NCBI GenBank assembly: GCA_964549615.1
Contig: CAZJVP010000011.1
Location: 1 to 64,000 of the forward strand
Length of the DNA: 64,000 nt
Direction: 5' to 3'
Source of the DNA: an uncultured Thermococci archaeon
GTDB taxonomy: Archaea; CAYQAE01; CAYVLA01
This document shows, piece after piece, positions 53,592-64,000 of this stretch; the stretch's first letter is position 1; every line of letters starts with the position of its first letter. A program made the position numbers and the translations under genes. The notes beneath the pieces were generated by a model. It did not search any database, was not told the origin of the DNA, and saw only the letters and a list, made by a program, of their open reading frames with translations.

Positions 53592-54461
53592 ATGGGCAGC
53601 GGGAGGGGTCGGTTCTTGGTCGACACGAGACTCGTGGGCGTACTGGCAATCGCTGCGATAGTCTCGACCACCCTCTCCATCCTTGTCTTCAGCAGGGTGG
53701 ATGAAGAGAGGATAGAGGTTCTCAAAAACCACTGGGAAACTCCGACGGTGGGCGGGTGGTGGCACCTGCCTTTGGCCGAGGGTGCGGTTCCCTATACCCT
53801 CGGGGTCGTCGCGCGGAAGCCGTTGGGCCGGGTCTCGATAAGGTTCGGCGTGCTGAGAAACCAGTCCTTCAGCCTCAACTACACCGGCCTGCAGGGGCTA
53901 TCGGCTAGGGAGATCGCCTCAAGGGTCACGGAACTTTCATTTCTGGACTCTCGGGCCAGGGATTTAGCCCTTCACATGGATGTGAAGCCAATCGAGCACG
54001 AGGTCGATGCCACATTCGGCGGTGCTCGGCGGAGGGTGCTTGTGATCGATTACTATCCTTGCCTTGAGGCCCTGGTGGATCCGGGCTGGCCGCTGGAGGC
54101 ACCCTATCTCTTTGCCCTCGTCTTCGACGGATCAGGGAACCTTTCGCAGCTCTACTCCGGCTTCTGGGATTTCTTCGAGGCCTGCGCGGCGAGCGTGCCG
54201 GAGATCGCCATCCAGCTTAACGAGAAGATCACGAGGTACGCCAATGAGCAGAACATGGCCGAGGGCCGCCTGCCGATCAGCATGACCCGCGAGATGGTGG
54301 GAAAGGTCTCCTTCGACGACCTTAGGAGGGACGACCGCATATTCGTAAGCTTCAGGGTGAACGGCGCGGCCGTGCCCGGAGATGCGGCCTTCATGCAGAT
54401 CATACGCCTCGAAGTTGATGGGGAGTACCTAGACCCCCTGATCAACGTCCTGAGAAGGTGA
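53592..54461 (+). CDS. Hypothetical N-terminally anchored membrane protein
   Basis: LVGVLAIAAIVSTTLSILVF TM; N-x-S/T sequons (NQS, NYT, NLS); divergent from 52501-53484. Confidence 0.65.
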   Translation: MGSGRGRFLVDTRLVGVLAIAAIVSTTLSILVFSRVDEERIEVLKNHWETPTVGGWWHLPLAEGAVPYTLGVVARKPLGRVSIRFGVLRNQSFSLNYTGLQGLSAREIASRVTELSFLDSRARDLALHMDVKPIEHEVDATFGGARRRVLVIDYYPCLEALVDPGWPLEAPYLFALVFDGSGNLSQLYSGFWDFFEACAASVPEIAIQLNEKITRYANEQNMAEGRLPISMTREMVGKVSFDDLRRDDRIFVSFRVNGAAVPGDAAFMQIIRLEVDGEYLDPLINVLRR

Positions 54462-54516
54462 GGCTCGGCTAGGATTTGGCGCTCCTTCGGGCTCCTCCTT
54501 GTGACTGGATGTGCCG

Positions 54517-55704
54517 CTACCTCTCGCCGAGACGCGTGACCGCGACCTCCCGATATAGCCTCCTTCGGATCATCACGGTCCAGAGGATGAATCCGCAGAC
54601 CATGCCCGTTGCCGTCACCGATAGCCACTCGATGACGAAGACCCAGAGCAGCGCCCTGTTCTTGGCCCTCATCATGTCATTGCTCAGCTGCCGCATGTCG
54701 TCGTTGGCGTCGGCCAGTATCTCGGTCGCCTTTGCCATGTCGCCGTCGACGAAGGCCTCTTCGGCGAGCAATCGCCTCCCCCTCGTCTCGCCAAGCTTGA
54801 CTTCGAATGGTCGAAGGTTGGCGCCGAAGCGGTCGACGAACTCTATGACGCTGATCGCCACCCTCACCTGTTCGTCCAACGCGGCGAAAAGCGCGCGCGC
54901 CTCATGGACAAGCTCCAGGTCATCCGGGAAGGGGAGGCCTGTGGCAAAGCAGAGATGGTTGAACACGTAGTCGGGAAGGTACCTCCAGAACCTCTTGACC
55001 TCGTCCGGCATGGTGTCCCAACCGTGGTCGTAGTGCAAGACCATACCATTCCCATAGGCCCGCGTGACGAAGGCGGGCGTCTTCCTCCCGCTCCAGACAG
55101 CCCATATCGTTGTGCCCTCCTTTGGGATCAGGTCACCGTGATGGCCCCAGTTGATGATGATCTTCTCCATGTCGGGGAAGTCCACCAAGGGTCCATGTGT
55201 GACTATCTCGTAGCGCTGCCTTCCCTTAATGGCTTCGATGCAGTTGGGATAAAGCTCCGCCGGGAACGCATCGTATAGGGTGGTCTCCTGCCAGTACTCC
55301 ATCCCGCACATCGAGACGCGTTGGGCGAACTCGACCAGTAGCAGCCCGATGCCCTCGTACACCCCCTTTCTGAACCATTCCAGGTAAGTGTCCGTGAGCA
55401 CCTTGGGCGAGAAGTCGTGGAAGATCATGACGTCTGTGCCCGAGACGAGGTCGCTGTACCTCCTAGGGAGGTAGGCCCTGGCGAACCTCACCGCCTCGTC
55501 GTATCCCAGAACCAAGATGGTGCAGGGGACCGTCCCGACGAGCTGGAACCTTGGGTCCGTCCCCAGCATGTCGATGAACATGTGGTTGTTCGCGACGACC
55601 TCGCCGACCCACAGGACCTTTTTCTTGCCATCGGTCCCTCCAAGCCCGCCGATGCACGGAATTGAGAGCAGCAAGAGAAGGACGGGCAGATGCTTTCTCG
55701 GCAC
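54517..55704 (-). CDS. Surface-protein paralogue 7
   Basis: Signal peptide; RAYLPRR, FVDRFGANL, LLWVFVIEW, WTVMIRRRLYREVAVTR. Confidence 0.88.
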   Translation of the reverse strand: MPRKHLPVLLLLLSIPCIGGLGGTDGKKKVLWVGEVVANNHMFIDMLGTDPRFQLVGTVPCTILVLGYDEAVRFARAYLPRRYSDLVSGTDVMIFHDFSPKVLTDTYLEWFRKGVYEGIGLLLVEFAQRVSMCGMEYWQETTLYDAFPAELYPNCIEAIKGRQRYEIVTHGPLVDFPDMEKIIINWGHHGDLIPKEGTTIWAVWSGRKTPAFVTRAYGNGMVLHYDHGWDTMPDEVKRFWRYLPDYVFNHLCFATGLPFPDDLELVHEARALFAALDEQVRVAISVIEFVDRFGANLRPFEVKLGETRGRRLLAEEAFVDGDMAKATEILADANDDMRQLSNDMMRAKNRALLWVFVIEWLSVTATGMVCGFILWTVMIRRRLYREVAVTRLGER

Positions 55705-55854
55705 GGGGTGTCCCGAAAGCAGCCTAGTACATAAATCGCATCCCAGGCACCGTCCGAAGCCTTGACTCCCGAGGATGGATTCGGACCGGGTGGGTTCGAG
55801 CCTGCTAACTGCTTCCCAGCATCAAACCTGTTCGTGCTCAGCGCTTCCTCCCCG

Positions 55855-56790
55855 TCATAGACCCTCTCGGTCCACTGTGAGGAGGGCGGCCAGAATCGAC
55901 TGTGTGGCCATCGCGACGTTCGGGATATCGACCGATTCCGGCACATCGGTCTCAAGGTGGTAGTTCGGATCGGCGTAGGGATGGGACCCGACATTGGCGA
56001 TGGCAGCTGGGAAGCCCGCATTCACGAAGGAGCCGTCGTCGTCCCCGGGCTGCAGTCGCTTGTGGATTGACTGTTCCAGCCCGATGCCGTACTCCTCGTT
56101 CACCTCGCTCATCAGCTCGGCCAGTGGCCGCCCCTCGGGCATCGTGTAGAGCGTGGCATTCGTCTTTCGCCCGGCATCAACGTCGGCCTGTGGCTTCCCA
56201 CCCAAGGAGTCCGTGTTGAAGACCGCGATGATGTTGTCTCCTCGCGCCCCGGCAGCCTGTGCGGCCGTCACGCTGGTCCACGGAGTGTGCTCCTCGTTGC
56301 AGAAGAGGAACACGACCGAACGACGGGTCGCCTCGTGGGATAGGATGCGGGCCATCTCTATGAGCGCGACCGTCCCCACCGCGTTGTCGTATGCGCCCGG
56401 CGAGTCCAGCCAGCTTTGTGAGTCCTTGTGGGCACAGATTACGATGATTTCCTCCGGCCGCTCCGTGCCGGCCTTCCTTGCATACAGGTTGTGGGCCGTG
56501 TACCAGGGGTCCTTTGGATCGGGCTTGCCGTACTGGTGGGCCTTCGGTTTGGAAGGGTCACGGCGGTATGCCTGGACGCGCACGCCCTCCCTTTCGACCG
56601 CGTAGCCCCATCCCTCCAACTGCGCCTGAATGTAGTCATCAGCCTCGTCGAGGGTGCTCTCCTTGTGCCCGGGAAGGGTGCAATTAAGCTTGCGAAATGG
56701 TAGCGGGTGTTTGGAGAGGTAAAACAGGTCAGCGGAGAGGCGGGAGGCATCGATACCATCAATGAGTCGAGCGATCTTGTTGTCAGGCAT
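55855..56790 (-). CDS. M28 family metallopeptidase
   Basis: AHKDS, PGAYDNAVG, NEE, NTDS, YH..TD zinc ligands. Confidence 0.88.
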   Translation of the reverse strand: MPDNKIARLIDGIDASRLSADLFYLSKHPLPFRKLNCTLPGHKESTLDEADDYIQAQLEGWGYAVEREGVRVQAYRRDPSKPKAHQYGKPDPKDPWYTAHNLYARKAGTERPEEIIVICAHKDSQSWLDSPGAYDNAVGTVALIEMARILSHEATRRSVVFLFCNEEHTPWTSVTAAQAAGARGDNIIAVFNTDSLGGKPQADVDAGRKTNATLYTMPEGRPLAELMSEVNEEYGIGLEQSIHKRLQPGDDDGSFVNAGFPAAIANVGSHPYADPNYHLETDVPESVDIPNVAMATQSILAALLTVDREGL

Positions 56791-56928
56791 GCCATGTGGC
56801 ACCTCGGTGTTGATGCTCAGACATGCGCACCCAACTTCCTCGTCGCGGTCCCGTGTGTGCCCCGCTTTGTCGCTTGGGTCGGCGTCCAGGGGCCGGGACA
56901 GGCAACGGGTTGAGCGTCTTCGAGGGTC

Positions 56929-58167
56929 TCATGCCCGTCTTGTCACCCCCGCCTCCCTATACAACCGCCTCCTGACCATCAACGTCCAGGAGAGGAACGC
57001 TACGGCGCAAATTGTCCCGGTGACTGCCGACCACTCCACCGCGTAGACCCAGAACATGGCGCGTGCCTTGAGGATGATGGCCCTCTGCTCGACCCTATTG
57101 GTGAGGTCGAAGGCCTCCCGCAGAAGGGCTTGGGACGACTCGAAGTCCTGTGAAAGATATTCCTCCCCGGCACGCTCGACGAGCACGTCGGCCTCCGTTA
57201 TCTGCTCCTGCAGGCTCCGACTGCTGGCGCCGAACTTCTCGACGAAGTCCAGCAGGGAGTACAGGACCCCAGTCCTGAGAACGTAGTCCTTGAACCTACC
57301 TCTGAGGATGTGGACCAACATGGGGTCCGATGGCAGTTCCCTGCGGAGCGAGTACCAGACGATGTTGGTGAATATGTCCAGAGCATACCTCTCCTTGCCA
57401 TCTCCTCCCCACCAGTATCCCCACATGGGGCTGACGAACTGGTCGCCGGTAGCCCAGATCCTAGAAGCCCTGTCGCCGAACTCCCATGAAAGAAGGAGCG
57501 GACAGCTGGTCTTGCCGAGCTTGAAGGGTATGTCCTTTGCCCTGGCCCACTCCGTGGTACCTTCCTTGGGGAACAGCAGCCGGGTGTAGCCGAAGGGCTT
57601 GACGCTCTCGATGCCAAGGGCCTTGTACGGCCTGATCACCGGCGGGAGGGACGGATCGTCCACGATCTCCAGGTTGTAGGCCTCTATGTTGTCGAACGCC
57701 GTGGCGATGAACTTCTCCTGGTCGTGCGGAAAGGCCTTGGGCAGGTCGGAGCTCATCCAGGGGACGTACATCTCGGGATACGCGCTCTGTGTGAAGCCGA
57801 GTGCTCCAGTTCCCTCCTTCTCCAAAGCTCTGTACATCCACTCGATCTGCGCGGGGTCATGGTGTTGCAGATACGGCTGGTCGTAGACGAAGAAGTCGTA
57901 CGAGAGCAAGGCTTCGTACGATCGGGGCATATAGATCCGGATGAATCTGCGTAGCTCCTCGGTGGTGTAGATACCGGCATGGATGGACCTTGAGACCACG
58001 AGCGTGCCCTCCAGGGAGGGCTCGGCCCTGAGGAAGTCGGATATCGGGCTATAGCTGGGGTCGACCTGCCCCATGGCAAGTATGTTGATGACCCGCCTTC
58101 CACATGCGACAGAGGATCCCGAGAGGAGGACGGTGAGGGCTGCTAAGGCAGTCCAACGGGACTCCAC
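56929..58167 (-). CDS. Surface-protein paralogue 8; GTG start inferred
   Basis: Signal peptide WTALAALTVLLSGSSVAC; RIYMPRS, FVEKFGASS, MFWVYAVEW, WTLMVRRRLYREAGVTR. Confidence 0.88.
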   Translation of the reverse strand: MESRWTALAALTVLLSGSSVACGRRVINILAMGQVDPSYSPISDFLRAEPSLEGTLVVSRSIHAGIYTTEELRRFIRIYMPRSYEALLSYDFFVYDQPYLQHHDPAQIEWMYRALEKEGTGALGFTQSAYPEMYVPWMSSDLPKAFPHDQEKFIATAFDNIEAYNLEIVDDPSLPPVIRPYKALGIESVKPFGYTRLLFPKEGTTEWARAKDIPFKLGKTSCPLLLSWEFGDRASRIWATGDQFVSPMWGYWWGGDGKERYALDIFTNIVWYSLRRELPSDPMLVHILRGRFKDYVLRTGVLYSLLDFVEKFGASSRSLQEQITEADVLVERAGEEYLSQDFESSQALLREAFDLTNRVEQRAIILKARAMFWVYAVEWSAVTGTICAVAFLSWTLMVRRRLYREAGVTRRA

Positions 58168-58494
58168 GCGGGCCGCTGATGGGGTCTTGCCCTTATGTAT
58201 TTCGGGGGTGGCGTCCAACGGGAGCACTTGGTCAGCCTCGCGGTTCAGGCGGAGCGTAGGGGGACACGATCGCCGTCGACGCCCGGCAGATTGGTGCCTA
58301 GAAACGAGGACTCCAAGAGACGCCGCGTCTTGCTCGTCGTGGATGGGGAGACGGCTCTCCGCTGCACAAACCCCGCTTGCATCGTGAAACCTATATAGGA
58401 CCGCGAATCCGGACAAGCGGCGAGCTGGGTTCCACCAAGACGAGTGGAACTCCCTCTCGACAAAACTGGGAAGAGGGTTGAGACATTGGCGGAG

Positions 58495-58761
58495 ATGCCG
58501 ACGAGGATTGAGGCGCAGCGCAGCAAGGGCGCGACGAGGGTGCGTAAGCTGCTTGGAAAGGAAGTGGTGGGTTCCGACGGGAACAACGTTGGACGGCTTC
58601 ACGATCTCGCGCTGGATCCGGGTAGTTGGCAGGTCAGCGAGCTCGTGATTCGGAAAAGGAGAATCAAGCTCGGCAGGAAGATCGCGATCGGTGTTGGCGA
58701 CGTTGCTTCCGTCGGGGACAAAGTCTTGCTGAAGAATACGGCAGAATCATACTGGAAGTGA
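58495..58761 (+). CDS. PRC-barrel domain protein
   Basis: LLGKEVVGSDG..VG.L.DL..D...W.V..L; V..VGDKVLL. Confidence 0.85.
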   Translation: MPTRIEAQRSKGATRVRKLLGKEVVGSDGNNVGRLHDLALDPGSWQVSELVIRKRRIKLGRKIAIGVGDVASVGDKVLLKNTAESYWK

Positions 58762-58846
58762 TGCTCCCGGGCGATGAATCGCGCCACCAGCCTACCCCGG
58801 GGTCTGCGCCGGCGATCGCGTCCGCGGAAAGGGAAGCCGACGGACT

Positions 58847-59836
58847 ATGGATGCTCAAGGGCGCAAAGGGCCTGGGGGCGCGCTCTCTGCAGATCGCATC
58901 GTATTTGGGACCCTCGCGTTCTTGGCGATAACTCTTGCCGATGGCGTTTGCCCGGCAGATTCGCAGACTGTGAAGGATCGGGAAAGCAAGAGCTTTATCT
59001 GCGCCCCAAGACGTCGGCGGCCGACGCTGAAGATGAACGTCCGTTCCTGCCTTTATTGCGCAGACGTTCGGTGGAAAGCCCCGACGGCTGTTTGGATTTT
59101 CTTGCTAGTCCCCATCTGCGCCGATGCGGCGGAAACCTGCGGCAGCGTGGCCCCCGAGTCCATTTCCTTTGGGAAGCCGACGTGGCAGGTGCGGACGAAT
59201 GGGTGGATTTCCTGACCTCTAGGGGATTCTCGGTGGAGAAGTACTAGGCCCATGATGCGGACCTCATAGCGTCCCATGAACCGGACCTCATAATCGTGGG
59301 CAACGACACCGCCTCTGCATGGAGGGATGTCATCGACGTCAGGTCGGTCAGGGATCCAGGCAGGCCCGTCCTCGCCATAGGGAAGGGGAGCAGCTATTTC
59401 CACTGGGGAGCCAATCTGTCAATCGGCTGGCTCGCCTCGGGCGTCAATTTTGATCTCAGCCAGGTTTACGTGCCGGATCCCACCAGCCTGCTTTACGCCT
59501 CTCCCAATGCCATCGCTATCCCCCTGATGCCGTCGTCACGGTCCACCTTTCGGGCGTGCCTGCTGTGGTTCCTTGGATTCCATGCCTTCCCGGAAACGTC
59601 AGCATCCTTGCCAAGGACCCCGCCCATACTGAATATGCCACCATCTGCATGGAAGCCTCCCGGTACACGCAGCGAAGAAGCTGTTCGAGAACCTGATCTG
59701 GTACTGTCTGAGGGAGTATCCCGTGCCTGAGTTCAGCTCGCTTCTGCTTGTGTTCATCGGTGCCGCCGGGGTGCCTGCTGCTGGCGGCGTTCGTGTCTGC
59801 GCCGGGAAAGCCAGCCGGAAGAGCAGTATCGGGTAG
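58847..59836 (+). pseudogene. Decayed secreted GATase-like protein ending in a VPEF + hydrophobic (PEF-CTERM-like) tail
   Basis: Signal-like N-terminus; DFLTSRGFSVEKY*AHDADL..DLIIVGNDT with in-frame TAG at 59245-59247; KKLFENLIWY..YPVPEFSSLLLVFIG in another frame. Confidence 0.6.
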
Positions 59837-60049
59837 CGCTCCGATGCGAAAGGGCTCATGGCAGTCGGGATCCCGTTCACGGTCGGGTCGTGGTCATGGC
59901 CTCGTTGGTAGGATCGTCAGCTCGGCTCGTTGGCAGGAATACCGGCCTTCGTTTCCGGACGACTAGCCAGGTAAGCGCAGGATGCTTGCAAAGGGATGGA
60001 CTGGGCGAAAGAAGAAGGGTCGGACTGGGAGGAAGTGGGGCCAAGAGGA

Positions 60050-61141
60050 TCAGTCGCTGGCCAGCCTTAGGATTTCCTGACCCTGCCTCCTTGACTTGGC
60101 CTCCATCGAGATCATGAAACGTTTGAGACCCTCGCCGAACTCCTCCTTCAATGCCTTCAGGTTCTCCACGGTATCGCAGGCGATGTATACGGCCTTGCCT
60201 GCATCGATGGTCTTGTGATAGATCGGCCACCATCTGGGGTGGCTCGGTGGCTCCCTGCCCCATCCGGGGGTCCACTGAAGGACTTTGAGCCTGGGTATGG
60301 AAAGGATGTGGTCGTGGTGCGGAAGAGCTCCCGGACCGTCCCAGTGGTACATGCAGTACGAGACGCGCTCGCACATCTCTTCAAGAACGGGGACCATGAA
60401 CTCAGCGAACATCGCGGGCGAGATCATGGCGGAGAAATCGCACTGGAACTTGGCCATTCGGCCCGGGGCCCAGGCCCAGAAGTGCGAGCCCCCGACCTCG
60501 TCCCGGAGCATATCGTAGAGAACATCGTAGTAGCGAAAGTAGCGATCGGTGATCTGGCGAAGGCAGCCCTTCACCCAATCCGGCCGTTGCCTCATATCCA
60601 GCAGCAGGTTCTTCGTGCCGCGCAGTGCGGCCAGCGTGTCCAGCCCCTCGATGAGGTCGGGGAAAGCGACCAAGAACTTGCCCTTGGCCAAGGCCAGTTG
60701 TGCGTTGGCCAGCCTCAGCGTGAAGTTCCAGTAGAAATTCTCAGGGTCGAAGTCAAACCTGGCGTCCTCGGGTCGATCGATGACGGGCTCGCACCAGACG
60801 GTGCCGGGGCCTTCCACTCCGCGGCACCCCAGGTAGAGCGCGAGGCAGTTCGGGGCCAGGTCTGGCGCAACCGTTGGGACGGCTTCCCCCATGAAGAGGG
60901 TGTTAACAAGTGCCCGCGCGGAGAGGTTGACGCGGTACTCGAAGTTGGTGGTGGAGTAGTTCGTGACCCATCCATCGGGTTCGCGCATCGCCTTGATGTT
61001 CTCAAGCGGCCTGCGGCGAGGAGCACGCAGCAGCATGACGGGGCGGCCGATGTCTCCACCTCTCCACCAGACGGTCAGCCTTTCGCGGACCTCATCCATA
61101 TCTTCACGGTAAAGGAGTCCGGCCACGATACTTCCCTCCAA
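60050..61141 (-). CDS. Uroporphyrinogen decarboxylase/MtaA-like TIM barrel protein
   Basis: PDL..GLDTLAALRG..NLLLD, QCDFSAMISP.MF.EF..P, YHWDGPG...H, QWTPG. Confidence 0.8.
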   Translation of the reverse strand: MEGSIVAGLLYREDMDEVRERLTVWWRGGDIGRPVMLLRAPRRRPLENIKAMREPDGWVTNYSTTNFEYRVNLSARALVNTLFMGEAVPTVAPDLAPNCLALYLGCRGVEGPGTVWCEPVIDRPEDARFDFDPENFYWNFTLRLANAQLALAKGKFLVAFPDLIEGLDTLAALRGTKNLLLDMRQRPDWVKGCLRQITDRYFRYYDVLYDMLRDEVGGSHFWAWAPGRMAKFQCDFSAMISPAMFAEFMVPVLEEMCERVSYCMYHWDGPGALPHHDHILSIPRLKVLQWTPGWGREPPSHPRWWPIYHKTIDAGKAVYIACDTVENLKALKEEFGEGLKRFMISMEAKSRRQGQEILRLASD

Positions 61142-61421
61142 GCTCTGGTTCGGGCCATGCCGCGGATTGGCGGGGCTCTCTTAACAGACATCAACCGTCT
61201 CAGGGTGCTCCCGTCAATCAACCGGGCCCTGAAAAAGGCAACGATCCTCCGAATGGGCACCGACACCCGGGCGTGCATCTTACTGTGGGTCTAGGCTGAT
61301 GTGTCATCACCTTTGCTAAACGGTTGGGTCTCTGTGCCGAATCACCCGCCGCGATTGCAGCCCATGTCCATTATAAGCCGCTTTGGTAAGGAGCGATCCC
61401 GGGCGAAATTGGCTTCTCGAA

Positions 61422-63085
61422 ATGAACGGAGATGTTCCCATGGGTACCAAGAGCCTGCAGGGTGCGCCGGCATCCCCTGGCGAAAACAGGGCCTCCGAAC
61501 AGCCTTTTGTCGGCGATGGACCGGGCGACGTAGTCCGCATCCCCCTGCCGTCGCCAATTGGGACCGCTCTGAGCCTCCCTGACGGGAGGATCATGCTTTG
61601 GCACACTGCGAGAAGAGGGGATGCGCAGTATGCCCTTGCTAGGTTCTCTCGTGATGACGACAACACATGGAGCGAGCCGCGCGTGCTGTTCGTCTTTCCC
61701 CAGAACGGAGGTCGGTTCGGCGGAGGCGCATCCCTCGTATCGCAGGGGGGACAATTCACCTCTTTGGCCTCGACTACTACAACTTCGATTTCCACAACAG
61801 GCGTGAATCCAAGAGCCTCCTGTGGCATGCCAGGTCCCTTGACGGGGCGCAGAGCTGGGAGCCGCTTCGGTACGTGGACTTCCGGCTGGCATATACCGGG
61901 GCGAGCAATTGTGCCTTCCAACTCAGGTCAGGGCGCATAATCGTGCCCGTCAGTGGGCTGTCGGACCGAAGGGTCGGGGCGTTCGTGAGCCTGGCGCCCT
62001 TCTCGGACGACGACGGCAAGACATGGAACCGGCCCGCCGAGCAGATAACGATAGCCACGGGGGCTCCTGACTGGTACGAATCCGGGGCCGTCGAGCCGGC
62101 CGGCATCGAGCTTACTGACGGCAGGGTATGGCTGCTGCTTCGATGGCAGGACGGCTACCAGTGGGAGACATTCTCCGAAGACGGCGGGATTCACTGGAGT
62201 CCTCCGAGGCACACGCGCTTCGTCAGCAATCAGTCGCCGATGGCCATCCTGCGGCTCAAGGACGGTCGTCTCATGCTTGTATGGAACAACTGCGGGGCGG
62301 AGGGGATGGGGAAGGTGCACTGGGGAAACGCTGAGCGGGCCGTCATGGCTGCCGCTTTGAGCCAAGATGAGGGCAGGACATGGAGAGGTTACCGCGAGGT
62401 GGCCAGGGTCACGGACAACGGTCAGGTCTCCTACCCCTAACTCACCGAAACCCGAAGCGGGCACATACTCCTTTCCGCGGTCCAGTCCTTCATGCGGATA
62501 GACCCCGACTTTTTGCTGAACACGAGCCTAGTTGAGGACTTCTCCCATGGCCTCGGCCGGTGGTCCACTCTGGGCACGAAAGGTGCCAAGGTCGTGGCAG
62601 ATCCTGAAGGAAGCGGAGGTGCGGCCCTATGGATGGCCAAGCCCGACGCGTCGATGCCGTCGGGAGCCTGTCTGAACTTCCCGTTTGGACGATCAGGGCA
62701 GCTTTCTGCTAGGCTTCGGATCGAGCAGGGCCTCGAGGCGGTGCACTTCACGCTGACCGATCACTACGATCTTCCAGGGCTTCCACGGGACGGAAGTTTT
62801 CCATTCAGGGTCCTCAAGTCGGGTCGAATACAGATCGTCGGAAGCGGGAGCAGCTGGCTTGCCACCCCGGGAGATCTCACGCCCGGTCGGTTTCACGACA
62901 TACGTCTGGAATGGAGCTGCGCCTCCGCTGAGGCGATCCTTTTCCGAGATGGCGGCGAGGTAGCCCGTCTGCATCAGTACGTTTGCGCCGAAGGGATGTG
63001 CTATCTCAGACTCCGGTGCCTGGCCAAGGACGTGGACGAGAAAGGCGTTTATCTGAAGAACTTGCGCGTGGAAGTAGTGCCCTGA
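61422..63085 (+). pseudogene. BNR/Asp-box sialidase-like glycosidase, disrupted by one frameshift and one stop
   Basis: Five Asp-boxes (SRDDDNTW, SLDGAQSW, SDDDGKTW, SEDGGIHW, SQDEGRTW); frameshift at G6 61745-61750; in-frame TAA 62438-62440. Confidence 0.8.
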
Positions 63086-63279
63086 GCATCCGGGCGTTGC
63101 TGGCCCCAAATCCCAAACGCATCGGGGATTGAGAGCAACCATGGATGCCTAGTCTCTTGAAGCTCAGGGATTCCGATCAGCCGCACTCATCTCAAAGCCA
63201 AGACGTCCGAGGTGCACTCCCGCCCCTGCAGACCGTCCCAAGCCCAGGCCGACCTCACCGCCGTTCAGCGTCGCGGTCC

Positions 63280-63552
63280 CTACCGCTGCTCCTGCCTGCT
63301 CTCCTTCCTCTTGCCTTCGGACTTGAGGACCTTGCCTAGGATATCGAAGACAAGCCAGACGATGAATCCGTAGACGACGCCGTTGAAGACGGCCACGACC
63401 AACGTGGTAGCTGGAATGCCGAGAACCGGTTCCTCGATTTCCGGTACGCCCAAAAGCCCATAGATCGCCCTTCCGGGCGGCAGCTCGCGGTAAGCGAGAG
63501 TCACGAAAAGGAACAAGAGGAATGCCAAGACAAATATCACTGCGCCTCTCAT
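63280..63552 (-). CDS. Small two-TM membrane protein
   Basis: Two hydrophobic helices around LPPG..IY.LLG.P, FNGVVYG, basic tail; TTTTTAAA TATA element near 63613-63620. Confidence 0.75.
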   Translation of the reverse strand: MRGAVIFVLAFLLFLFVTLAYRELPPGRAIYGLLGVPEIEEPVLGIPATTLVVAVFNGVVYGFIVWLVFDILGKVLKSEGKRKESRQEQR

Positions 63553-64000
63553 CGCTAAGACCATTCCTTGGCCGCAAGACTCGATCGCGGCCCGCCCGAA
63601 TTGAGTTCGGGGTTTAAAAAGATGCCGGTGCTGCATTGCACGGCTGCGCTTGCCATCGGCCCGCTTGTTGGCTTGGATGGATGCAGCCGCCTCGATGCCA
63701 GCAGGCCGCTGAAAAGGCGGAGGCCCTTGCACGAGCGCACACCTCCACACCCTCAACAACAAGCATTTCGTGCCGTTGAGGTCGCTTGGTTTGAAGCTTC
63801 TTGAAAGGTGAGAATCTCGGCCGGCAGAGAAGCCCAGACCCGGCCGATTCCTGCGGGACGGCGATCTTGCACTCAAGCCATTCACCAAAGCAAACCTCAG
63901 GGTCCAAAGATATTAGAGCAGTCGCACCGCGCGTTGGTCCATGCAGAGCCGCAGACTTGGTAAGACCGGCATGCGCGTATCTCGCCTTTCCTTCGGAGGG

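Noticed and set aside
55750-55805. Hairpin GTCCGAA/TTCGGAC plus a GGTTCGAG T-loop-like word
   Set aside because: No cloverleaf or acceptor stem can be built
58495-58761. PRC barrel as the cell-division protein CdpB
   Set aside because: The fold is clear, but orthology cannot be judged by eye and there are no ftsZ/sepF neighbours
59245-59247. In-frame TAG as pyrrolysine or stop-codon recoding
   Set aside because: The same gene has additional frameshifts; TAG terminates many core genes here (rpoB, rps12, rps7, fusA, tuf); aRF1 motifs are standard

Overview
High-GC archaeal chromosome segment. Core blocks: tRNA-Val, argG, argS, aRF1, an unusually long Rpb5-like rpoH, a DUF504-Nog1-MoxR-VWA operon, tRNA-Lys, the unsplit rpoB-rpoA1-rpoA2-L30e-nusA-(eIF1A)-S12-S7-EF2-EF1a-S10-tRNA-Ser cluster, and S13-S4-S11-rpoD-tRNA-Leu. 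Accessory blocks (1-750, 26.6-40.8 kb, 43.4-64 kb) each begin at a tRNA 3' end. They hold sugar/sulfate catabolic genes, an ABC-2 exporter and many decayed genes (IS, toxin-antitoxin modules, sulfatase, sialidase). The strongest signal is a family of 8 dispersed paralogues (7 complete and intact, 1 cut by the window edge) of a ~400-430 aa single-pass surface protein: signal peptide, variable glutamine-amidotransferase-like head, helical stalk with an FGA(N/S) motif, and a conserved WVYxIEW...WxLMVRRRLY...TR membrane and tail module. Other notable points: two tRNAs with non-canonical introns (one probably splitting the anticodon), the eukaryote-like two-domain Rpb5, and a possible split midasin-like module next to Nog1. 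All family assignments come from motif recognition by eye; no searches were run.
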